Below, in pieces: positions 17,884 to 25,900 of a stretch of 64,000 bases of DNA. Made by a program: the position numbers and the translations under genes. Position 1 is the first letter of the stretch; each line of letters opens with the position of its first letter. Origin of the DNA: an uncultured Flavobacteriaceae bacterium (GTDB lineage: Bacteria > Bacteroidota > Bacteroidia > Flavobacteriales > Flavobacteriaceae); the NCBI GenBank assembly GCA_964477735.1, contig CAYZFD010000001.1:86125-150124 (forward strand). The letters run 5' to 3'. A model generated the notes under the pieces. The model was not told the origin of the DNA. It was given only the letters and a program-made list of their open reading frames with translations, and searched no databases.

Positions 17884-19209
17884 TCAAAAAACACTTGAGG
17901 GAAAAATAACTGGGCTTTCGTGGCCGTTGTGACCAACAGCAGCCACGCCAAAGAAAAAGTTGTCAATAACAACCCCTTCTAGTGTGTAGGCATCAACATC
18001 CCCAACCCATCGACTATTTTCCCATGTTGGGGCCGTAGTGTTTCGCCAATAAATTTTATAGCCCTTTGCATCAGGAACTTTTTCCCACTTGAGCTTGGCC
18101 GCTGGGGCTACCACACCACCAATACTCACGTTTTTAGGGGCTGGAGGGGCCCATGCCAAACTGGCCAAATTAATCATATTAACTGCTGTCAGCTTGCTGG
18201 CATACTCAAAGTTAACACCCTCTAGCACATCGCCATAAGCGATTCCATTTTCAGTCCTCAAATCTTGGTGTTGACGGTTGTAGTTTTCGTGGGCTTCCAT
18301 GATGCGAACCCCAGCAAATCCTACATCATTAAAAGGGCGATGATGCCCCCCTCGACCAAATCTGTCCAAGCGATAAACCATCATCGGATTCATGTTTGGC
18401 ATATAGGTTTTTACTTGTTTGTGTATATACCGAGCGAGTTGACGAGAAATGCCGTCAACTTCGCCACCATAAAACCTTCTCATACGGCGCTGACGTTCTG
18501 TTTCGGTTGGAGGAGTTGGTTCGGAGAAAATCCGAAAAGTCCGGTTATCAATTACACCGTCGACACCTTCAATATTGCCAATCATGTCGTTGTTTAACAC
18601 ACCAATAATGTCCCAACCATGTTCCAAAGCATGTTTGGCTAATCCTTGGCCACCATAGAGACCCTGTTCTTCTCCCGATAGGCCAACGAATGCAATGCTG
18701 TTTTCGAAAGTGTATTGACTCAGTACTCTGGCAGCCTCTATGGTTCCAGCCATGCCGCTGGCGTTGTCGTTGGCACCGGGTGATGGGTCTGTAAAATTGT
18801 TGGGATCGCTGATTCTACTGTCAATATCGCCGCTCATGATCACGTATCGATTTGGGTATTTTGTGCCCCTAAGTACGGCCACTACATTATTGATCCAAAC
18901 GTCTCTCGTTAGTCGCCTGCCATCTGATTCAAAAAAATTGTTTTGATAAAACACTTCTAAACATTTACCGCAATCTTCGCTAATTTGTTCGAATTCTTTT
19001 TTAATCCAACGTCTTGCCGCTCCAATGCCTTGGGTTTCGGAAAGGGTATCTGACAAGGTGTGGCGGGTTCCGAAACCAGCCAATTTTGTAATGTCGTTTT
19101 TGATTCGAGAGGAAGAAACAGCTTCTATAATATCGTAAATTCTTGAATCGTGCTGGGCATCAAGTAGTGTGAGCGACAGCAAGGCCAAAAGGGTATAAGT
19201 TTTTTTCAT
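17884..19209 (-). CDS. M28-family aminopeptidase with C-terminal fibronectin-III-like domain
   Basis: 441-aa ORF with a signal peptide and metal-ligand motifs GANDNASGMAGTIEAARVL and GLSGEEQGLYGG. The C-terminal KLKWEKVPDAKGYKIYWR region is FN3-like. Confidence 0.85.
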   Translation of the reverse strand: MKKTYTLLALLSLTLLDAQHDSRIYDIIEAVSSSRIKNDITKLAGFGTRHTLSDTLSETQGIGAARRWIKKEFEQISEDCGKCLEVFYQNNFFESDGRRLTRDVWINNVVAVLRGTKYPNRYVIMSGDIDSRISDPNNFTDPSPGANDNASGMAGTIEAARVLSQYTFENSIAFVGLSGEEQGLYGGQGLAKHALEHGWDIIGVLNNDMIGNIEGVDGVIDNRTFRIFSEPTPPTETERQRRMRRFYGGEVDGISRQLARYIHKQVKTYMPNMNPMMVYRLDRFGRGGHHRPFNDVGFAGVRIMEAHENYNRQHQDLRTENGIAYGDVLEGVNFEYASKLTAVNMINLASLAWAPPAPKNVSIGGVVAPAAKLKWEKVPDAKGYKIYWRNTTAPTWENSRWVGDVDAYTLEGVVIDNFFFGVAAVGHNGHESPVIFPSSVF

Positions 19210-19211
19210 GA

Positions 19212-19874
19212 TTAATCGTTTTTTCTAAAAGTCCAAATTTCGTGAAGAGGATCTCCCTTACTGCTAAAACCTTGGTGAAACCAATCGTCTTTTTGAAGTT
19301 CGTATTTGAAATTGAGGCTCTTGCCCACTTTTGTGTCATCCCTTGAGAAGTATTCTAGGGCTTCTACATATTCACCATCTTGAGCCACATAAGTGCCTCC
19401 TCCACAGCCGTAAAAAGCAAAGTTTTCGGTGTCGAATGCCGTCCATTGAAAATGACCGTTCTGTAATAATTTCATGGTTTTTCGACTTCGATTTATAGGC
19501 CGTCTTTGCTCAATTCCGTCTCGGACCCTTCCTGCCATGAGCCATTTTCCTTCAAAAGCTTGTTTGGCTGGAGGTGTTGCCACCCACTGCTCCTTGGAGG
19601 AATAACGGATTTTTTCTAATCCGTCATTTTTGTGATTAGAATTGAATTCAAAATCGACAACAAGGTCGCTGTCAATGTTACTGAAAAAGCCACCACGTGT
19701 GAGAATGAAAGCGCCGTTAGTGGACTTAAATTGTGTTTCGATGAGGTAATCGTTTTCTATCAATATTCGATGTGTAACAGTTTCATTTCCTGATTGACTG
19801 TTGTAACTGTAAACTTGAGCTTTTAAACTTAAAGAAGTATATAAAATGCCCAAAATGGTTGCATATCGGCGCAT
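19212..19874 (-). CDS. Secreted protein of unknown function
   Basis: 220-aa ORF with signal peptide MRRYATILGILYTSLSLKAQ. It lies 2 nt downstream of the M28 gene. I recognise no motif. Confidence 0.5.
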   Translation of the reverse strand: MRRYATILGILYTSLSLKAQVYSYNSQSGNETVTHRILIENDYLIETQFKSTNGAFILTRGGFFSNIDSDLVVDFEFNSNHKNDGLEKIRYSSKEQWVATPPAKQAFEGKWLMAGRVRDGIEQRRPINRSRKTMKLLQNGHFQWTAFDTENFAFYGCGGGTYVAQDGEYVEALEYFSRDDTKVGKSLNFKYELQKDDWFHQGFSSKGDPLHEIWTFRKND

Positions 19875-20019
19875 ACAATTGCTTAATGAGATGAAACAAA
19901 AACTTTAACTTTTGAAAGGTACAAACTTTTTAGAAAGTTCAGACTTGTGGCGTGTTAAAACCTTAGTTTTAATCTCAATAAATTTGGGCAACTAGATTTT
20001 TAATTGTTTACTTAGAAAT

Positions 20020-20214
20020 TTATAGATCTGATTCAAAAATATCCTCGATTGGCTTTTTAAAAAGTTTTGAAATTCGGAAGGCTGTTGGCAAACTAGGGTC
20101 AAACTTTTCTTTTTCGATGGCGTTGATGGTTTGTCTCGAAACGCCAATATGAGCTGCTAAATCTTCCTGAGTCATGTTATGTTCGGCCCTGAGAACGCGA
20201 AGTTTGTTTTTCAT
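20020..20214 (-). CDS. XRE/Cro-family helix-turn-helix transcriptional regulator
   Basis: 64-aa ORF with MTQEDLAAHIGVSRQTINAIEKEKFDPSL, a typical HTH_3 motif. Confidence 0.85.
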   Translation of the reverse strand: MKNKLRVLRAEHNMTQEDLAAHIGVSRQTINAIEKEKFDPSLPTAFRISKLFKKPIEDIFESDL

Positions 20215-20600
20215 TGGTAGCGCTTGTTGTTTAGGAGTAGTGCAGTCATGTAGCTCACCCCAATAAAACCCACTAAAAGGCCAATTTCTGCATCAAAGTT
20301 GATGAGGTTGCTCGAGTCTAAAAGCGAATAACTTAAGCCCACCACAACTGTTAGGCCAAGCGTAATGGCTAAAGCTTCTAAATGAATTTTTCTTTCCAAC
20401 TCATCAAAATTGTTAAAAAGACGGCGGTTGGCTAAAATCATTAATAGTCCGATTAAAAAATTCAATATGATGGCTATCGGGGTTAAGATGGGTTGATTTT
20501 CCCAAATAAATTTTGGACCAAAAGTAGCCAAAGCTAGGGTGGCTACCCAGCTCCATGTCCAAACGGCCAATTGCACGGTTCTCTTTTTTCTTTCTTGCAT
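20211..20600 (-). CDS. Small multi-pass membrane protein (DUF2178-like partner of the XRE regulator)
   Basis: 129-aa ORF with four hydrophobic segments. It overlaps the downstream HTH gene by 4 nt, a common gene pair. Confidence 0.55.
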   Translation of the reverse strand: MQERKKRTVQLAVWTWSWVATLALATFGPKFIWENQPILTPIAIILNFLIGLLMILANRRLFNNFDELERKIHLEALAITLGLTVVVGLSYSLLDSSNLINFDAEIGLLVGFIGVSYMTALLLNNKRYQ

Positions 20601-20682
20601 TTTGTCAGTTTTTATTTACAAAAAGTAATGTTTACTTGACAAAACTAAAACTTTTTTGAATACAATCAAAATTTAATTTCAA

Positions 20683-22227
20683 TTATGCGTCAACAACAAC
20701 TTTATAGGTGGGATCCTCAAGAACGTTGACTTCGATAAGCGTGTCTGCTTTGTGCAACAATTTTTGACAATCAGGGCTAAGGTGTTTAAGATGAAGTGTT
20801 TTGCCGAGCTTCAAATATCGTTCGGTTAGTTTATTGAGCGCTTCAATGGCGGACATGTCCACGACACGACTTTCTCGGAAATCAATAATCACTTCATTGG
20901 GATCATTAATGACGTCAAATTTTTCTTGAAAGGCGGTAACAGAACCAAAAAACAAGGGGCCATAAATTTCATAATGTTTCCTACCGTTTTCGTCTAAATG
21001 TTTTCTTGCACGAATTCTTTTGGCATTGTCCCAGGCAAACACAAGTGCTGCAATAATGACTCCAACGACAACAGCAAGTGCCAAATTGTGTAGAAAAACG
21101 GTGACTAAAGTTACGAGCACCATGACAAGCACATCGGACTTTGGCATTTTGTTAAAAGTTTTTAGGCTGGCCCATTCAAAAGTTCCTATAGAGACCATAA
21201 TCATTAGTCCAACTAGGGCTGCCATGGGCACTTTTTCTATAAGAGAGGAGCCAAACATCACAAACATGAGTAACATAATTGAGGCCACAATACCCGAGAG
21301 TCGTGCCCTTGCTCCATTAGAGACATTGATGAGGCTTTGGCCAATCATGGCACAGCCACCCATCCCAGAAAAAAGTCCTGACAGTATGTTGGCAACGCCT
21401 TGGGCCACAGCTTCTTTGTTGCCGCTTCCGCGGGTTTCGGTAATTTCATCGACAATATTGAGGGTGAGCAAGCTTTCGATTAGTCCCACGCCAGCCACTA
21501 TAGCGGCAAAGGGAAAAATGATGCTTAAGGTTTCAAAGTTGAGCGGAACTTTAGGCAGATGAAAAGGAGGAAAAGAACCCTGTATTGAGGCTAAATCACC
21601 AACAGTTTTGGTTTCAATCTCAAAAAAAGTAACCAATCCAAAGATGACCAAAATGGCGGTAAGCGAAGCCGGGATGGCTTTTGTGATTTTGGGCAATCCA
21701 AAAATAACACCCATTGTTAAACAAACTAACCCCAGCAAAACATAGAGTTCCTGGCCTTGGAGCCACTGCCCTGAAGGGTCCTTGAACTGGTCGAGCTGCG
21801 ACATGAATATGATAATGGCCAAGCCATTTACGAAACCAAAAATAACAGGATGGGGCACGAGCCGTATAAATTTCCCTAGACGGAGGCTTCCTGCAATAAA
21901 CTGCAATAGGCCTGCAAGAATGATGGTAGCAAAAACATATTCAACGCCAAAGTCTTTAACCAACACCACCAAAACCACGGCCACTGCACCTGTGGCTCCT
22001 GAGATCATTCCAGGACGGCCGCCAAATATGGAGGTAATCAATCCCATAACAAAAGCCGCATAGAGTCCTGTTAAGGGAGAAAGTCCCGCAATGAGCGCAA
22101 AAGCAACAGCTTCTGGCACCAACGCAAGGGCCACTGTGAGGCCAGATAGAATTTCGGTTCTATAATTAACTTTTAAAGAAAGATCGAAGAGGTTGAATAC
22201 TTTTCGCATAATAGTGTTTTTGTGCAA
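20683..22227 (-). CDS. SulP-family anion transporter with C-terminal STAS domain
   Basis: 514-aa ORF with many hydrophobic segments and a C-terminal STAS-like IDFRESRVVDMSAIEALNKL. The true start may be the second ATG (MRKVFNLF, 22209). Confidence 0.85.
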   Translation of the reverse strand: MHKNTIMRKVFNLFDLSLKVNYRTEILSGLTVALALVPEAVAFALIAGLSPLTGLYAAFVMGLITSIFGGRPGMISGATGAVAVVLVVLVKDFGVEYVFATIILAGLLQFIAGSLRLGKFIRLVPHPVIFGFVNGLAIIIFMSQLDQFKDPSGQWLQGQELYVLLGLVCLTMGVIFGLPKITKAIPASLTAILVIFGLVTFFEIETKTVGDLASIQGSFPPFHLPKVPLNFETLSIIFPFAAIVAGVGLIESLLTLNIVDEITETRGSGNKEAVAQGVANILSGLFSGMGGCAMIGQSLINVSNGARARLSGIVASIMLLMFVMFGSSLIEKVPMAALVGLMIMVSIGTFEWASLKTFNKMPKSDVLVMVLVTLVTVFLHNLALAVVVGVIIAALVFAWDNAKRIRARKHLDENGRKHYEIYGPLFFGSVTAFQEKFDVINDPNEVIIDFRESRVVDMSAIEALNKLTERYLKLGKTLHLKHLSPDCQKLLHKADTLIEVNVLEDPTYKVVVDA

Positions 22228-22351
22228 AGGCGTTTGTGCCTAAAAAGTGGCAAAACTAAGAAATCTTAAAGGTTTTGGCGCTAAGCCCCGTCCCTATAGT
22301 GTGTCTTAAACAAATTTGATTAACTTTACATCTAAACTTTAATTCGATCCT

Positions 22352-22546
22352 ATGGAAGCTACTTATACCTGTTCGCAATGTGGAATGGCCGTTAAGGCAC
22401 AATGTGCTAAATGCAATACACCCTTAGAAAATGGTGTGCTCGTTCTTGAAGACGGAACAAGTGTGCAAATTTCTCAATGTCCAAGTTGCGAAGGAAAAAT
22501 CAAATCTCCTCAATGTTGTGGCGCAGACATGACCTGTGCAAATTAA
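22352..22546 (+). CDS. Cys-rich small protein (zinc-ribbon-like), hypothetical
   Basis: 64-aa ORF with 9 Cys arranged as CSQC, CAKC, CPSC, then CC and C. It is divergent from the SulP gene. Coding status is not independently supported. Confidence 0.4.
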   Translation: MEATYTCSQCGMAVKAQCAKCNTPLENGVLVLEDGTSVQISQCPSCEGKIKSPQCCGADMTCAN

Positions 22547-22859
22547 CCGTCATTGAATACACTTCGCATTTAGGCTACTTTTTTTAAATCTTTAACTGCA
22601 ATTTGTGAAACAACTGTTGTGCATGTTCACAATGGTCTAATGTTGCTCAATTCAGACATTGAATTTATCAACACTACAACAAACTAGTTAAACAAAATTT
22701 AGATCACACATTTCGTTTAGAACAAAAGCTTCCTTCAAAATATTTTAAGAAATCTTGCACAGTTTTTCATAAATAAAAGCAATGTGATTCAAAGATTTTA
22801 AAGCTATTTTTTTAGAAATTTTGTTTTATTTAACAAAAAAAGAGCGAATTATTTGTTTA

Positions 22860-22873
22860 TGTAATCGATTACT
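22860..22873. promoter_or_regulatory. LacI-type operator candidate, site 1 (TGTAATCGATTACT)
   Basis: It matches 13 of 14 positions of the palindrome TGTAATCGATTACA. It lies 76 nt upstream of the ATG of the giant pectinesterase gene. Confidence 0.55.
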
Positions 22874-22948
22874 TTTTATATTTAACCAAATTTTCAAATA
22901 ATTTTTTTGACTACTAGTCAATCAATTAACAACAACGTAATATATATT

Positions 22949-25900
22949 ATGAAAAACATTTTTTACTTCTTTACGCTAATGACAAGTATGTTTGTGTCTT
23001 TTGCACAGACTAGCTTGTCTAATGCTACCGCAGGAGCAACAATTACTTACGATTTTGCCAATGGTTTAACAATATCGGGAGATACGTCTAGGTTGGACAG
23101 CTTTCAAACAGCCGACAATCTTGTAGGCTTTACGAGTGTGAACACCAACAACGATAGAAAGTTTTGGTGGCATGATACTCAGCATGGGGTTAATTTTTAT
23201 GTAAACAACACAGTTGAAATTTCAGTTGCTGGACGTGCACAAATCACTTTTTATACGTGTACCTATGGAGGGCCAAACACTTTCATCGAATTTTCGGATG
23301 CCTCTGGAAATGTTTTGGGCACTGTTCGAGCAGACAACAGGGGTGACACAGATGGGCAAGGATTTACCTTCGACTATACTGGTCAAGCAGGCATTGTTAC
23401 TGCTACTTTTGTTGGAGATGACAAAGCCATCTATATTCATGGATTAAAAGTTGAAAATTCAAACGGTTTAGCTGATGTTTGGGACTTTGGCGCAGAACAA
23501 TTGGATGCCAATTTGTATGACAATATGCTCGATGTGGCCACCATTAATGGATGGTATGACGCTGCGATTACGCCTGGTTCAAACGGCAACACTTTACCAG
23601 ATTTTACAGTTGGTGCCGTTTCATGGGTAGGAAATCCTGCAAGTGATCGTTTGAGAACTACAAACACCAGTTTAACCAGAAAAGATGAAAACATCTATGG
23701 GGCCACCGATGCCACAGGACTTGTGTATGCCAATGGGACCACTGACGGATCGATTCGTTATTTTACGATTGACGCTCAAGAAAACGATGAAATCACATTC
23801 AAAGCTAGGTCTGGAAATAGTGGCGGAAATTTAAGATTCCATTTGGTTTCAGACCCTACGGTTCAAGATGAATTTTCTGAAAACTTGGGTGATATTAAAG
23901 ATCATACATTTGTGGCCAAGCAAACAGGCACCTACAAATTATATGATGCTGCTGATAAATTGATTGTTTATAGAATCACTCAAAAGGAAGCAAACTACAA
24001 ATTACTTTCAGGAACTGTTGATGTTTCAGCAGCAGGTGGAATACCCTCAGATTTTCAGATTGTTTTCACCAATCAATTTGGAGAGGAATGGGCCGTAACA
24101 CCTTCTGGAGGCAACTATAGTGTGAGCATTCCTGAAGGGCAAAACTACACATATAGCTTATCCAATGCTCCAGGCTATCAGTTTCAACTTGCTGCATCAG
24201 CAACTCCTAGTTTTACTTATGACGCTAGTGTAACAGGATTAAATATTGCAATAGAAGCTGTTAAAGCTAAAGTTTGGGACTTTGGCGCCGAGCAATTTGA
24301 TGCCAATTTGTTTGAAAACATGCTCGATGTGGCCACCATTAATGCATGGTATGACGCTGCGATTACGCCTGGTTCAAACGGCAACACTTTACCAGATTTT
24401 ACAGTTGGTGCCGTTTCATGGGTAGGAAATCCTGCAAGTGATCGTTTGAGAACTACAAACACCAGTTTAACCAGAAAAGATGAAAACATCTATGGGGCCA
24501 CCGATGCCACAGGACTTGTGTATGCCAATGGGACCACTGACGGATCGATTCGTTATTTTACGATTGACGCTCAAGAAAACGATGAAATCACATTCAAAGC
24601 TAGGTCTGGAAATAGTGGCGGAAATTTAAGATTCCATTTGGTTTCAGACCCTACGGTTCAAGATGAATTTTCTGAAAACTTGGGTGATATTAAAGATCAT
24701 ACATTTGTGGCCAAGCAAACAGGCACCTACAAATTATATGATGCTGCTGATAAATTGATTGTTTATAGAATCACTCAAAAACAACCCATTTACCAAACCC
24801 TAACAGGGGCTGTTGACGTGAGTTTAGCACCTGGAATCCCTGCCAATTACGGGATTGTTTTTACAAACGAATTTGGAAAACCTTTCACCGCGACCATGTC
24901 TGGGGGCAGTTATAGCGCCACCCTACCTTCGGGTTATGATTATCAAATTTCTCTTGAAAACGCCAATGGCTACGTATTGTCTGTTACAGAAGTTGCCGTA
25001 GATGAAACCACCAAAGTACTCAATTTGGCTATTGTCAAAGCGGTTGTTTATCAAGTTTCAGGATCCATTTCTGGTCTAGGCTCAGACATAAGCAATTTGG
25101 CACTGACCTACGCAGCAGATCCAGCCGCAGGAAAACTTTTTGTGCCTAAGCCCAAAATTAATGCAGCCGCAGGTACTTACACTGTAGAACTAGAGGCCAA
25201 CGTTGCCTATACCATCACAGCAAGTGGGGTTAACGATTACACGCTAAGTCCAGAGACGATCACTATTGGTGAAGCAGCCGAAACGGCTAATCTCACCTTT
25301 ACGGAGAAACCTAAATATGCCATTACCATCACTTCCGATGATTTGGATGCCACACAATTAGGAAAGTTGGCGCTAACGTTCACAAACGTCAATGAAACAG
25401 GCTACGAATACACTTTTGCGGACGTATCTACAGTTGAGCTTCGTGACGGAACCTATACTTTAAGCTATTCAGGTTTGGATGAATATCCGCTAGAAATGGC
25501 CCTCACCTCCAACCTAACCGTTGATGGTGCCGCAGGATCTAAAAACCTGAGCTTTAACAAAGTAACAAATTGGAGTTTTGATGACAGGGTTATTGTCCTT
25601 GCCGACACGCATTACAAAGGACTTCAGCTCACACAAGTGAAAAATGAAATTGCAAAAGGTCATGTAGGGGTTAGCACTGCTGCCACGATCAAAGTCCCTG
25701 TTGGGGTTAATGAAAAAATGACAGTGAGCTATTATTATGCAGCCAACTTCTCAATCGATGGAGGCACTGCAATTACAACCTCATCGGGAAGCACTTCAGT
25801 GATTGAAACCGCAGAATACATCAACACAGGAGCAGCTGCAACTTATGTCACCTTGACTTTTGGAGGAACCACCTACATCACCAACATCAACGTTGATAGG

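Noticed and set aside
21020-21562. 180-aa plus-strand ORF inside the SulP gene
   Set aside because: It lies fully within, and antisense to, a well-supported 514-aa transporter gene. Its low-complexity Thr/Ala/Ser composition is typical of shadow ORFs. The same reasoning applies to 37051..37434, 28894..29229, 3905..4228, 17374..17745 and the other short overlapping ORFs in the track.
22547-22859. Noncoding AT-rich stretch of about 310 bp upstream of the giant gene, examined for an sRNA, riboswitch or small ORF
   Set aside because: I found only a short hairpin (aattca-gacat-tgaatt near 22650). There is no terminator-bounded unit or recognisable riboswitch core by eye. It is most simply a long promoter or curved-DNA region. 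RNA-seq would be needed.
22907-22948. N-terminal extensions given by the ORF track (22907, 42494, 49385, 39702, 15328, 8287)
   Set aside because: Most start at TTG or lie within upstream genes or regulatory palindromes. Downstream ATGs give proper signal peptides or homologous N-termini. The exception I kept is the TTG at 38374 for uxaB, which homology to the E. coli N-terminus supports.
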